In this document: piece by piece, positions 9,864 through 19,446 of the stretch
Layout of the letters: every line of letters begins with the position of its first letter
How positions within the stretch are numbered: the stretch's first letter is position 1
From: Candidatus Nanoarchaeia archaeon
GTDB taxonomy: Archaea; Nanobdellota; Nanobdellia; Woesearchaeales; GW2011-AR9
Direction of reading: 5' to 3'
DNA length: 62,077 nt
Assembly: GCA_035288985.1 (NCBI GenBank)
Contig: DATDYP010000025.1
Coordinates: 1-62,077, forward strand
Made by a program: the position numbers and the translations under genes
The notes under the pieces: generated by a model
Database searches by the model: none
Seen by the model: only the letters and a program-made list of their open reading frames with translations
What the model was told of the DNA's origin: nothing

Positions 9864-10061
9864 TTAAGCCCGCTTGAATTCAGCAGCTATATCAATCAAA
9901 TCAACATGCCCCATGAAGACCCCACGGCAGCAGTATCTCTCTAGATCTAGGCTGTCCAGGGCTTTCTTTGCCTTCTCGCCTTTTTCTAACAAGGCTCTGT
10001 ATTCTTCCCAGAGATGACCTACTGGTTTTCCACATGAAAAGCATCGTATTGGAATTATCAT
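9864..10061 (-). CDS. rpoN: RNA polymerase subunit N (Rpo10)
   Basis: MIIPIRCFSCGK...RYCCR motifs; true start at 10061 rather than 10172. Confidence 0.96.
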   Translation of the reverse strand: MIIPIRCFSCGKPVGHLWEEYRALLEKGEKAKKALDSLDLERYCCRGVFMGHVDLIDIAAEFKRA

Positions 10062-10065
10062 TGTA

Positions 10066-10464
10066 TCACCTGTATGATTTCTGTCGTTTTGCCCGGGCTT
10101 TGGAATCGTTGGGCTTGCGCGCTTCTTTCCGCCGTATATCAGCGACAAGAAGCAGCCGGTCATATTCCTCAAAAGTTTTCTTTAGTTTTGGCTCGTGCTT
10201 GATGAGAGACCTGGCAATTGCCAGCCTGATTGCATCAGCCTGGCCGTTAACACCGCCACCTTGCGCAAGCACATCGATATCAACATTCTGGGCCATGCTG
10301 CCAGCAAGAAGCAATGGCTCATGGATGCGCAAGCGCAGCATTTCATTCCCATAACTTTCCAGATGCGTACCATTAATCCTGATTTTTCCCTTTCCTTCTG
10401 TAAGAGTTGCTCGCGCTACGGCGCGTTTTCGCTTTCCTTTGGTCTGAATGATGTTTGTTGCCAT
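10066..10464 (-). CDS. rps9: 30S ribosomal protein S9
   Basis: GKRKRAVARA, GGGVNGQADAIR, C-terminal QKSYR. Confidence 0.97.
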   Translation of the reverse strand: MATNIIQTKGKRKRAVARATLTEGKGKIRINGTHLESYGNEMLRLRIHEPLLLAGSMAQNVDIDVLAQGGGVNGQADAIRLAIARSLIKHEPKLKKTFEEYDRLLLVADIRRKEARKPNDSKARAKRQKSYR

Positions 10465-10515
10465 TTTATATTTTGATGTTATATAGTTATGATCATATCT
10501 CTACTGTTGTGATCC

Positions 10516-10950
10516 TTATTTCTGTGGGTATTCCTTAGCTCCTAACTGCTTGCAGACGTCTCCGACAGTCGTGTACTGCAAACTTGGAAGCTTTTCACGG
10601 GATGATTCTTGAAGATGGATCATCTCCTTGCCTGCCAGTTCTGCTGGTAACCGCGCATAGCAGAAGACCTGCTTGAAAGCTTCCTTGCCTCGAGTATATC
10701 TCCAAGGCAGCATGCCTCTGATCGATCGCCTGACAAACTTGTCTGCCAGCCGGGAAAATTTTGCGCTTTTGAGCGGATAACCTTTACGCTCCCGGCGTTG
10801 ATGCTCATGAGCAACGGTGTTTGTTTTTTTCCCGCTGATAATGATCTTTTCACAATTAACAACGTGGACTTCTTCTCCCAGAAGGGCGTCTTTCGCTACT
10901 CGTGCAGCCAATCTTCCCAGTACAATTCCATCCCCATTGTATATTTTCAT
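10516..10950 (-). CDS. rpl13: 50S ribosomal protein L13
   Basis: GRLAARVAKDALLGE, VRRSIRGMLP; operon position. Confidence 0.96.
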   Translation of the reverse strand: MKIYNGDGIVLGRLAARVAKDALLGEEVHVVNCEKIIISGKKTNTVAHEHQRRERKGYPLKSAKFSRLADKFVRRSIRGMLPWRYTRGKEAFKQVFCYARLPAELAGKEMIHLQESSREKLPSLQYTTVGDVCKQLGAKEYPQK

Positions 10951-10951
10951 G

Positions 10952-11311
10952 CTATCCCAAGATCCTCACATTCCTGCCCTCAGGATTTTGCCGAAACAAT
11001 TCCCTAATTGACAGTGTTTTTCCTTTAGCATCTTCAATCTTTCGTTTTGCTTCCAGTGAAAAAGTAAAGGCTGCAACGTCAACCTTCTTAGTGATGTCAC
11101 CCACACTTAACACTTTTCCAGGCACCAGGACAGTTTCCCCGTCTCTGGCAAACTTATTGATCTTATACACATTGACAATCCTTCTCTGCCGGGTAGGCTT
11201 TTGCAGATCATATAATATTCTCTTCCAAAGCTTGCTGTCCTTTGCTTTCTCTTCTAGGTCGAGAAGCAATTGTTGCAATTGGTAGTTTGTCGGACCTGTT
11301 CGTGTACCCAT
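10952..11311 (-). CDS. rpl18e: 50S ribosomal protein L18e
   Basis: TNYQLQQL, RQRRIVNV, VLVPGKVLS; start reassigned to the ATG at 11311. Confidence 0.94.
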   Translation of the reverse strand: MGTRTGPTNYQLQQLLLDLEEKAKDSKLWKRILYDLQKPTRQRRIVNVYKINKFARDGETVLVPGKVLSVGDITKKVDVAAFTFSLEAKRKIEDAKGKTLSIRELFRQNPEGRNVRILG

Positions 11312-11318
11312 TTTGTTG

Positions 11319-12095
11319 TTAGAGCTGTTTCTCCAATTCCTCAACTTTTTCTGCCAGGATCTCGGCGCTTTTCGTGAGCATCTCTTTACAGCTCAATTGC
11401 CCCCAGCTTTCAACCGTGAAAATAAAATTATCAGAGTAGTCTAGCTGTATTCCCTCATCTGCTTCAGCATAGACTTCCAGCAAGAGGGAATCATAGATTT
11501 TATCAGCGACCAATTCAACCTTGTTGTCCTTCACCTTGAAGACACCATCAGTGCAGAGTTCTGCTAGTTTCTGCGGATGCTGTACTTTTCCTACCTTAAC
11601 CAGTGGCTCTCTCTTATATGCAGCCAAGCCCGGCATCCATTTGGCATGATCCTTTCCCTGGCCCATTACAGCGGTCATGGTTAAATCCACTTTTTGTTTT
11701 GACAATAATTTCACAACTGGCATGCCTGCATGGACAAACGTGCACTTCGGATCGGCGCTTTCCGCATCCCCTGCATAGACATATCCTTTCTTGCCTGCCT
11801 TTAGTTTTAGCTGCAGCGTACAGCTAGCGCTTTTCTCATTGATTTCATCTTCACTCTTAGGCAGCCTGTAACTTTTCAAATCTGTTTTTATTGGCAGCAA
11901 CCCTAAGCGCAAGCCCAGCATCTCATCATATAATGCAGAACTGTTCTCCTTGATCTCAAGATCATCAACTGCCAGCGTAGGAACTTCTTCGATGATCAGG
12001 CGACGGATAGTGTTGGCAAACACTTCATTGCTTCCCTTGAGCAGGAATGACAATTTTCCTCTCTTCTTTTCTTCCTTTAGTTTTTCGCATTTCAT
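11319..12095 (-). CDS. rpoD: RNA polymerase subunit D (Rpo3)
   Basis: ANTIRRLIIEEVPTLAV, LYDEMLGLRLGLLP, GKDHAKW. Confidence 0.96.
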   Translation of the reverse strand: MKCEKLKEEKKRGKLSFLLKGSNEVFANTIRRLIIEEVPTLAVDDLEIKENSSALYDEMLGLRLGLLPIKTDLKSYRLPKSEDEINEKSASCTLQLKLKAGKKGYVYAGDAESADPKCTFVHAGMPVVKLLSKQKVDLTMTAVMGQGKDHAKWMPGLAAYKREPLVKVGKVQHPQKLAELCTDGVFKVKDNKVELVADKIYDSLLLEVYAEADEGIQLDYSDNFIFTVESWGQLSCKEMLTKSAEILAEKVEELEKQL

Positions 12096-12143
12096 GGTGT
12101 AGGTTTGTTGATCAAATATAATGTAGTAATGTAGGGGCGAGCA

Positions 12144-12605
12144 TTAAACTCGTCTACCCCGTCTTCCTCCTTTCATCCGGCAGCCGTTGTGCGGCTCAGG
12201 TGTGACTTCTTCAATTTTTCCTATCCGCAAGCCAGTTCGTGATAAGGCTCTTATCGCAGCCTGAGCACCAGGACCGGGATTCTTTGGACCATTATGTCCA
12301 CCTTTTGACCGTACTCTGATGGAAAGGCCATTGATACCCTTTTCCTTGCATATTTCAGACACTTTTTTTGCCGCGCCCATGGCCGCAGTGGGAGAACTTT
12401 CCAGCCTGTCAATCTTGACGATCTGGCCGCCGCTGGAACGGGCAATGGTTTCTGTGCCCGTAATATCGGTCACGGTAATGATAGTGTTATTATAAGATGC
12501 GTAGATGTGAGCAATTCCCCAACGTATCTTAGGATAGTGATGCTGTTTTTCATATTGCGGTTCCTGATGCTGTTTTTCCGCTTCCTCGGGCATTTCTTGT
12601 TTCAT
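12144..12605 (-). CDS. rps11: 30S ribosomal protein S11
   Basis: [33 protein letters not shown]. Confidence 0.97.
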   Translation of the reverse strand: MKQEMPEEAEKQHQEPQYEKQHHYPKIRWGIAHIYASYNNTIITVTDITGTETIARSSGGQIVKIDRLESSPTAAMGAAKKVSEICKEKGINGLSIRVRSKGGHNGPKNPGPGAQAAIRALSRTGLRIGKIEEVTPEPHNGCRMKGGRRGRRV

Positions 12606-13258
12606 ACTTCCAGCACCTCTTCCGGTTCTTCCACATCGCTTACCAAATCGGCAGGATCGGCAGGCTCAGGAGCTTTCTTTGCATCAACTTTTGCTGGTTG
12701 CTTTGCTTCTTCAGCTGCACCGCTTTTTTTCTTTTCTTCCGGAGCCGCAACAATTCGTTCAGGATGCTCCTCATCAGCCAGCGATGATTTCGCCTTGAAA
12801 CTGATCGAGCCTTCCTCAACAAGAGAAACAAGATAAGAAGGCATGGAAATTTCTTTTTCTCCCACCATCAGATGCCGATGGGTGATAAATTGCCGCGCCT
12901 GTTTCATCGATTTGGCCATCCCTTTCCTGAAAACAAGACTCTGCAGACGCCGTTCAAGTATATCTTTCAGCTCCAGCCCGAGAATGTTATCCAACTCTCC
13001 CCCGGCAGAAAGCAGCCCCAGTGCCTGTAATTTCTGCAACACTTGTGCTTTTTCCTTCTCACCCTGCACGGTATGCGTAGCGATAAGTTTTTTAGCGATA
13101 TTCTTGTATTTTTTTAAGAATGAACTGGCGATGAAAATTTCTCTTTTATTATGGAGCCCGTAATCTCTGACCACGACTCGTTCGCTCTCGATGTTTTCCT
13201 TATTCCAGGGGTGCATCGGTGTCCAGTACTTCTTTTTGAGTTTTTTAGGGTCTCCCAT
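12602..13258 (-). CDS. rps4: 30S ribosomal protein S4
   Basis: MGDPKK...[23 protein letters not shown]; low-complexity C-terminal tail. Confidence 0.96.
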   Translation of the reverse strand: MGDPKKLKKKYWTPMHPWNKENIESERVVVRDYGLHNKREIFIASSFLKKYKNIAKKLIATHTVQGEKEKAQVLQKLQALGLLSAGGELDNILGLELKDILERRLQSLVFRKGMAKSMKQARQFITHRHLMVGEKEISMPSYLVSLVEEGSISFKAKSSLADEEHPERIVAAPEEKKKSGAAEEAKQPAKVDAKKAPEPADPADLVSDVEEPEEVLEV

Positions 13259-13282
13259 GGTAAGTCTTTGTTCAATTCAGTA

Positions 13283-13804
13283 TTATTTTTTCTCTTTCTT
13301 TGCTGGCTTTTCAGCTGTTTTCGTCGCGCTCTTCTGAGGAGCAGCTTTCTTGGTTACACCTACTACTTTTCCTTTACTGCGCCTGAAGTTGGATCGCGTT
13401 CTTTGACCACGCACAGGCAAGCCTTTCTGGTGGCGGATACCTCGCAGGGTTTTGATCTTCTTCAGCCGCTTGAGATCATTATCTTTGACAAAATTAAGTG
13501 TTCCGGTAAGAACATGCTGATCAGTTCCTGAATCGTAATCTTTTCGCCGGTTAAGGCTCCAGACAGGAAGGCCGTTCTGCAAGGGATGTTGAGCAACAGC
13601 GTTGAGTCGTGCTACTTCGTCATCAGGAAGATATCCTACCTTGGTATGCTTATCTACCTTCGCTACCGTACAAATCATGTCGGCAAAATTAATGCCAATT
13701 CCTTTAATTTTAGTAAGTGCAAAGCGCGTCTGCATATTGCCTGGAATATCAACATTTGCAACACGGACGATGTGCTTGAAATTTTGTTCTTGTTTTTCTG
13801 CCAT
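13283..13804 (-). CDS. rps13: 30S ribosomal protein S13
   Basis: ALTKIKGIG, LNRRKD, RGIRHQKGLPVRGQRTRSN. Confidence 0.97.
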   Translation of the reverse strand: MAEKQEQNFKHIVRVANVDIPGNMQTRFALTKIKGIGINFADMICTVAKVDKHTKVGYLPDDEVARLNAVAQHPLQNGLPVWSLNRRKDYDSGTDQHVLTGTLNFVKDNDLKRLKKIKTLRGIRHQKGLPVRGQRTRSNFRRSKGKVVGVTKKAAPQKSATKTAEKPAKKEKK

Positions 13805-13932
13805 AGTATAGTGTCCAAGAAATGACGCAATAGCCCTATACGCGTGAACTCGGACTTGATTGAGCTAAAAACTAGGGCTCATTTATAAAGGTTTCTGTTT
13901 GAAGGGCTAAACCCTATCGTTATGGAGAGTTA

Positions 13933-14736
13933 CTAAACATTCTCATACTCAGGCAAATCCAGAGCAACTTCCTCCGGTTTGAGCTCATCTAAACAGTGAA
14001 CTAGCGCTGGTTTAGTTACATCTGTACCTCTGAGTGCTCCTCTCACATCTTCATACACTACCAAAGCTCTCTGCCTGGCAATTTTAATCAATTTATCTTT
14101 AACTTGTTGAGAATTGGTGGAAGGGTCTACATCCCAGTTAACAACATCATCTGCAGCAAGATGGGTAGGATAGATAAACCTCTTATACATCGGAATGACG
14201 GTCATCCTTAGTTGCCGAACAATATGTTCTACCGCCCTGCCGCGCTCTTTGATATCTCTCTCGATTCTTCGAAGCTGGGCTATGAGCGGATCAGTCGTGA
14301 CAAAGAGCTTATGGTCATACAAATTCACGAGACGCTTGCCAACTTCTGCACCTGAATCTGAATAGAGAGCATAATTTCCTTCGACGATGGCAACATCAAG
14401 ATTTTCTGGCACGTCTATCGCTACAGAATCAGCATCATAGGTGTGAGTCTTAAAATTATAAGTCAGATATGAGAACGGCTGCCCATTTTTGAGATCCTGG
14501 GAAAATTTCAACAAGCGTACAAAATCAATGGAAGACGGATGGTCATAATTTTTATCTGGATTGAAACATAGATTGTCCCGCTCCTGTTCTGTCAGATGGC
14601 TAAAATTGTGATAGCAGTCATCAGTAGTAAGGATATGACAGCGCAGTCCCCATTTTTCCAAATGCAGCTGGATAAGATCTGTAATTGTCCCCTTACCGCT
14701 GCCAGAGCCGCCGCCAACTCCTACCAGATAAGTCAT
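13933..14736 (-). CDS. udk: Uridine kinase
   Basis: P-loop GGSGSGKGT, NYDHPSSID, RRIERDIKERGR. Confidence 0.88.
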   Translation of the reverse strand: MTYLVGVGGGSGSGKGTITDLIQLHLEKWGLRCHILTTDDCYHNFSHLTEQERDNLCFNPDKNYDHPSSIDFVRLLKFSQDLKNGQPFSYLTYNFKTHTYDADSVAIDVPENLDVAIVEGNYALYSDSGAEVGKRLVNLYDHKLFVTTDPLIAQLRRIERDIKERGRAVEHIVRQLRMTVIPMYKRFIYPTHLAADDVVNWDVDPSTNSQQVKDKLIKIARQRALVVYEDVRGALRGTDVTKPALVHCLDELKPEEVALDLPEYENV

Positions 14737-14831
14737 GATGAGATGGAAATAATGAGATTATTTAACTATTTCTATCAAAAAGAAGATCTTCTTCCACAAT
14801 CTTTATATTTCATACACTTCCAAGCTTTGTC

Positions 14832-15842
14832 ATGGTTGATTTAGAATTCCTTATTGAAAAAGCAAAAGGCCATGAGATGAATGGCCAATATCTTGAAGCT
14901 GAGATAGTCTACTCGGCAGCAATGGACGAGACCAGACACATAGATCATGGTTCAGAACAAGGTAGGCTTTCAGTGGTACGGTACTTGACATCCTTGCATA
15001 ACCATCGTGGCGTTGCCAGACGAATGCTCAGGCGCTATGACGAAGCTATGGATGACTTTAGGGCTGCTAGAGAACAAGCAGCACCTTTTAACAATGTAGA
15101 CCTGCTCGATGAGATGGCCCATGCCTGCATCAACATGGCTGACGTGCAGAGAGTAGGGTACAATAATCTTCCAGCAGCACATCAGGCTTTGGATGAAGTA
15201 TTACGATACACTAAACCTAGCTCGCTGACGTGCGCCAAGGCTGTAGACCAGCGCGGCTTGGTTCTGGTTGCGGAGAAACGATTTGAAGAAGCAATTCTTC
15301 ATTACAATATTTCCAGAATGTCTTGCGAAGATCTTCTAAGGTCGGATCCGGATAATAAGGACGTACAGCACCGCCTCAGCCAAGTCCTGCTCCATCTCGG
15401 CTTTGCCTATGTCCAGATAGACGATTCCGAATCGCTGGAAAAAGCCTATGAATCACAAGCAGCTGTTATCGATACTCTTGTAAAACTAGGCGATAAGAAT
15501 GGCATTGTCAATGCCGTCAGGACTATAGGACAGATTTCCTTGCGGCGAGGGAATCCTGAAGAAGCTGTGAAGCAATATACTAAGGCACAGGATATTCTTC
15601 AAGCAACTGGTTATGACAGAGCAACTACCATCCTCGGCTTGTATTTGGCGCAGGCTCATCAAGATCTTAGCTTAAAGAATATGAAAACCTTCCGGCAAGG
15701 CCTTGAAGCAGGGCATGTTGCCGAGCAGGATTTTCAGCCTCTGGAAGGGATGGTTAAAGATGTCTACAAGAAAAGCGCTCACACACTTATTGAAGCATAC
15801 ACTGCTGGGATATCACTTTCACCTAAAAAAGAAAAGACATAA
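14832..15842 (+). CDS. Tetratricopeptide-repeat protein
   Basis: Repeated helical patterns such as HNHRGVARRMLRRYDEAM, DQRGLVLVAEKRFEEAI and GQISLRRGNPEEAVKQY. Confidence 0.7.
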   Translation: MVDLEFLIEKAKGHEMNGQYLEAEIVYSAAMDETRHIDHGSEQGRLSVVRYLTSLHNHRGVARRMLRRYDEAMDDFRAAREQAAPFNNVDLLDEMAHACINMADVQRVGYNNLPAAHQALDEVLRYTKPSSLTCAKAVDQRGLVLVAEKRFEEAILHYNISRMSCEDLLRSDPDNKDVQHRLSQVLLHLGFAYVQIDDSESLEKAYESQAAVIDTLVKLGDKNGIVNAVRTIGQISLRRGNPEEAVKQYTKAQDILQATGYDRATTILGLYLAQAHQDLSLKNMKTFRQGLEAGHVAEQDFQPLEGMVKDVYKKSAHTLIEAYTAGISLSPKKEKT

Positions 15843-15848
15843 TTAAGT

Positions 15849-17399
15849 TTATACTACTATTTCTTGACTCTTCTTCTGCCGTTGTTTCTTTCCTTTTTTT
15901 CCTTCCGCTTCCTCTTCCTTATCCTGCAGATGCCGTTTCCATTTAAGGATCGTATAATTTACGGGATTCTTGATTCGAGGACAAAAACTATCCGGCTTGC
16001 AGATGCCAATGCCTCTGTAATATGCTTCATTATTACAATTAGGAGGAAGTCTCTCTCCGGCTTTAAAACTGTGCAATTGCCCTTTGATATACACCTCACG
16101 CAATGGTTCTGGATCGTTTTTTGTATTCCAGGAGTGAAGATAGGCTTCAATTTCCTCCTTGTTCCAACCGATTTTTCCTAAATAGTTCATCAGAATAAAT
16201 ACTCCCCGCTTCTTGCCATCGCTGATCCCTTGCAGCAATAATTTCATGCAGGGCGGAAAGAACTCTTCTCTGATCGGGCTGGTAAGGGTCAGTTCATCAT
16301 ATTCTTTTTTGAGAGGTTCTTTTTCTTCTTCTAATTTCACATCAAAGTCTAAAGCCTGGAGAAGCAATTGTCGTGCACTCTCACTGGATACATTTCTATC
16401 CAGGAAAGTGAACATCGGCATTAGAATACCATCAGGTTTAGCCATCTCTTTCTGAAACTCCATCACTTTTTCCGGATCGATCGGCAGGCTGACTAATCCG
16501 GATTTCTCATGCAAGCTGTACGGCATGCGATAGAGATGTCGTGAAGAGATTAAGACGGTGTCGATCTCCAATATTGATTCTGGATTAAAATTAGAATTAT
16601 ATTCATCAGAACCGCAGGGACAGAGACTTTTTTTATTCTCTATCTTCTCCATTAAGATTCCGCATTTGTCGCATTTTATGAAATTCTTTTGTTCTTTTTC
16701 TCTTTTTTCACATTTCGGACAAATAAACTCAAAAACAGCATCATTTTCAAAATGTATCTTTTTCTTGCAACTACTGCAGCTATTGATAATAAATTCCCTT
16801 TTCCCAAATTTATTATTTAATTCATCTAATGTATAGACATATTTCTCATCAAAGAAAATTTTATTGTCTTTTATAAGATATCTTTTGGTGATAACATCCA
16901 GTAAATATTGTGAAATTTTTTGCGCAGCTATCGGAAATAAATCTTTAGTCTTCTGTCCTGCAATATGTGCAGGAAAAGCTTCAAAAGGAACACCGATATG
17001 GAACCCTTTATTACCCGAAAATTTACAGCTGATGTCCTTAACTCCATTCTCCTTTAGCGCTTTAATAAAAAGGCAGGTAGTCAGTTTAGAAAATTCCCAA
17101 TCAATACAGTCGATATCCAGCACCAGATCCCAGCCCGAACGCAGCTGGTCAAGCTCTTTTTTTGATTTGCTGCTCTCTAAATCCAAAGGGTTTTCCCATA
17201 ACTCCTCGCTGGCATGGAAGGATGTTACACCGCGAAGAGAAAGTTCAAGAATTTCTTTAGGATAGGTAAGAATATCAGGCCGCTTGCCGAATGCATCAAT
17301 ATAACGGAAGCCTATCTCTTTGTTTTTGGCGTGCGCTATGATAGCATCCTGGATATCTTTCCGTTTATAGAAGCGTACGCAAACTCCTTTGTCAAGCAT
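15849..17399 (-). CDS. priS: Fused PriS-PriL DNA primase (DPANN type) with Cys-rich insertion
   Basis: PriS motifs DLVLDID, FSGNKGFH, RHLYRMPYSLH followed by a PriL-CTD-like region with PPC, PPNC and ICKPDSFC. Confidence 0.88.
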   Translation of the reverse strand: MLDKGVCVRFYKRKDIQDAIIAHAKNKEIGFRYIDAFGKRPDILTYPKEILELSLRGVTSFHASEELWENPLDLESSKSKKELDQLRSGWDLVLDIDCIDWEFSKLTTCLFIKALKENGVKDISCKFSGNKGFHIGVPFEAFPAHIAGQKTKDLFPIAAQKISQYLLDVITKRYLIKDNKIFFDEKYVYTLDELNNKFGKREFIINSCSSCKKKIHFENDAVFEFICPKCEKREKEQKNFIKCDKCGILMEKIENKKSLCPCGSDEYNSNFNPESILEIDTVLISSRHLYRMPYSLHEKSGLVSLPIDPEKVMEFQKEMAKPDGILMPMFTFLDRNVSSESARQLLLQALDFDVKLEEEKEPLKKEYDELTLTSPIREEFFPPCMKLLLQGISDGKKRGVFILMNYLGKIGWNKEEIEAYLHSWNTKNDPEPLREVYIKGQLHSFKAGERLPPNCNNEAYYRGIGICKPDSFCPRIKNPVNYTILKWKRHLQDKEEEAEGKKGKKQRQKKSQEIVV

Positions 17400-17503
17400 A
17401 GAACAGTTTAGAAATGAAGGAGTTTAAATGATTTTCTGAGAATATTTTACTTAAAGCTCGGTAGCCTTGTGTTCCGTCTGCGGACGTTTCTGCGGATAAA
17501 TAA

Positions 17504-17869
17504 TCACCTGTTCAACCCCACAAAAGATTCCCTCCGGAGTGAGATAATCTTTAAGGTCGTAAGTTTGGGCGGATTCCGGAAATGTTCAATATACCTTCTA
17601 GCCTGCCATTCATCCTGTTGGTTTTTAATAAGTGCACAGAACCAGTGATATTCCGCAAATCGACCGATATGAACTCCTTTTACTACATCAGCTTTGCCGT
17701 TGACAATTCTACTGTAATCAAATTCTACAGTTTCTTCAAAAGAACGACGCCCACTTCCTTGAAGCTTTCTTGGCATTGATTCAGGCGTAGGAATCACTGA
17801 TTCTAAATCCGGAAAAAATTGTTCGCATCTTTCTAGTTCTGGTTCACAGGCATACAGAGAAAATGCCAA
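17504..17869 (-). CDS. Hypothetical protein
   Basis: 121-aa ORF co-oriented with rpoL and the primase; no motif. Confidence 0.5.
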   Translation of the reverse strand: MAFSLYACEPELERCEQFFPDLESVIPTPESMPRKLQGSGRRSFEETVEFDYSRIVNGKADVVKGVHIGRFAEYHWFCALIKNQQDEWQARRYIEHFRNPPKLTTLKIISLRRESFVGLNR

Positions 17870-17908
17870 ACGCTATCGCCTTGCTTTTCATATTGCACCG
17901 ACATAAAT

Positions 17909-18178
17909 TCAAAAATCAGCAACTTCCTTCCTAAACGCTTCCGCTTTCTTTTTGAGACTGGCGAGAGCGGTCTTTAAAGCCTTTCGCGGCTCTAGATCCT
18001 TTGTTTCCAGCACCATGGTCGGCACGCCAACTAAAGGGTGATCAATACGATAGGTTGCCAGTGTGACACCCTTCACATCCAGCAATTCCTGTTTTAAGGC
18101 ATTGCAGAAGCTGTGCGTTTCTCCTTTCAGCTCAAAAACAAGTTTTGTTTTTGTTTCTTCCAGAACCTTGAATTCCAT
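17909..18178 (-). CDS. rpoL: RNA polymerase subunit L (Rpo11)
   Basis: GETHSFCNAL, ATYRIDHPL. Confidence 0.95.
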   Translation of the reverse strand: MEFKVLEETKTKLVFELKGETHSFCNALKQELLDVKGVTLATYRIDHPLVGVPTMVLETKDLEPRKALKTALASLKKKAEAFRKEVADF

Positions 18179-18279
18179 GGTAGTGGTGAATTTTACGGTT
18201 TTGTTTATAAAGATTTTGGTTTTGCCGGTTCTTTTGCAGGCAAAAATCTAAAAATAGCTTCGTATTATTCCCTTTTCCC

Positions 18280-19440
18280 ATGCTCCAGACAACACAGACT
18301 GCTGAATACAAGGCCTTCAAATACTTGCAGCACTGGCAACGGGAGGACAATCTCGAAAAATTAAAAGCATCTTTTTCTCAGATCAGCCCCTTCTTTTCCT
18401 ATCTTCTGCAAAAAACAGAGCAGCTTTATGCCCAGCTTCCTTTAAGAAAAGACGGACAAAAACCGTTTATCCACCCCTTGAATGTAGTCTTAGCATTGAA
18501 AGATGCCAAGATCAGCGATGAAATAACTCTTTCTGTCGGCCTATTACACGATTACGTAGAAGAGACGGTAGATATCTATCAGCATGAACTTGGCGCTGGC
18601 AAAAAAGAGATTGACATGAACGCGCTGGAAAAGTATGAGGAACGTGTTTTTAGAGAGCTGGAGAAAGACCTTCTGCAGCACGGCGAAACAGCAAAAGTAA
18701 AGACCATCATTGAAGCATTAAAGCTTCTTACCCGGCACAAGCGGGATTTTTACTACCGTTCCATTTCTGCCATCTTTCAATATCCTGACGAAAAAATAAA
18801 AGAAATCGCCATCCCAGTCAAGCTTGCCGACCGGATGCACAACATTCTCAGCATCAATTGTTTTACCGAGCAGGAAAGGATCTACCAATGTTTCAAAAAC
18901 TTGTTTATTCTTAACAATACCAAGAAATACCTATTGGAAAAACCTGAGGAAAGAATTTCCAAGACGACGACAGTTCCATCTACACAGTTATTATTTAAGA
19001 GATGCTCCAAAGCGACCTATGACGCTTTTTTAACCATCTGCCATCTGTGCCTTAGGAAAGGCATCGGCGACATCAAGTCCATGATCCAGCTGGCCTTCAA
19101 GAAATTTGCTCTGGAGAAAGCCGGAGTGTGGGAAGTTACCACAGTCGATCCTGACGAGACTCACCTGATGCGCTTATTCCACGGCGTGGTGCGAAAATAT
19201 GACGCCAGATTGCATCAGGAGTGGACAAAATTTGAGGAGTTGAAAGAGTCTGAGTACGAGTACTGCCGCAGATTCTTTGCTGATTTTAATTTTTCTGAGG
19301 AGCAGATAAAGACGATCATTGATTATAAGGATGCCTATTCGCTGAAAGAAGTTGTTGCGTACCTGTTGTACTTACCGGATTATGTGGTGCACCGGTTTTT
19401 GAGTTCAGACTTGGGCGAGGATGCCAGGATTTGTGGTTAG
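18280..19440 (+). CDS. HD-domain protein, RelA/SpoT hydrolase-like N-terminal domain plus unknown helical C-terminal part
   Basis: RKDGQKPFIHPLNV, GLLHDYVEE, VKLADRMHN. Confidence 0.75.
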   Translation: MLQTTQTAEYKAFKYLQHWQREDNLEKLKASFSQISPFFSYLLQKTEQLYAQLPLRKDGQKPFIHPLNVVLALKDAKISDEITLSVGLLHDYVEETVDIYQHELGAGKKEIDMNALEKYEERVFRELEKDLLQHGETAKVKTIIEALKLLTRHKRDFYYRSISAIFQYPDEKIKEIAIPVKLADRMHNILSINCFTEQERIYQCFKNLFILNNTKKYLLEKPEERISKTTTVPSTQLLFKRCSKATYDAFLTICHLCLRKGIGDIKSMIQLAFKKFALEKAGVWEVTTVDPDETHLMRLFHGVVRKYDARLHQEWTKFEELKESEYEYCRRFFADFNFSEEQIKTIIDYKDAYSLKEVVAYLLYLPDYVVHRFLSSDLGEDARICG

Positions 19441-19446
19441 TTATAA

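Noticed and set aside
9864-10172. 102-aa extended RpoN
   Set aside because: The extension overlaps rps9; the canonical start MIIPIRC is at 10061
12602-13350. Lys/Glu/Pro-rich tails on S4 and S13 and the N-terminal extension on S11
   Set aside because: Low-complexity extensions are common on ribosomal proteins and carry no specific signal here
13831-13919. AGCCCTA/TAGGGCT hairpin as a ribosomal-protein leader RNA for the S13 operon
   Set aside because: One arm lies between the TATA box and the expected start site, so it would not be transcribed; at most a DNA operator, and the repeats are only 7 bp
12096-13930. tRNA genes often found beside rps13 or rpoD in archaea
   Set aside because: No cloverleaf or T-loop GTTCRA motif seen in these gaps or elsewhere in the window
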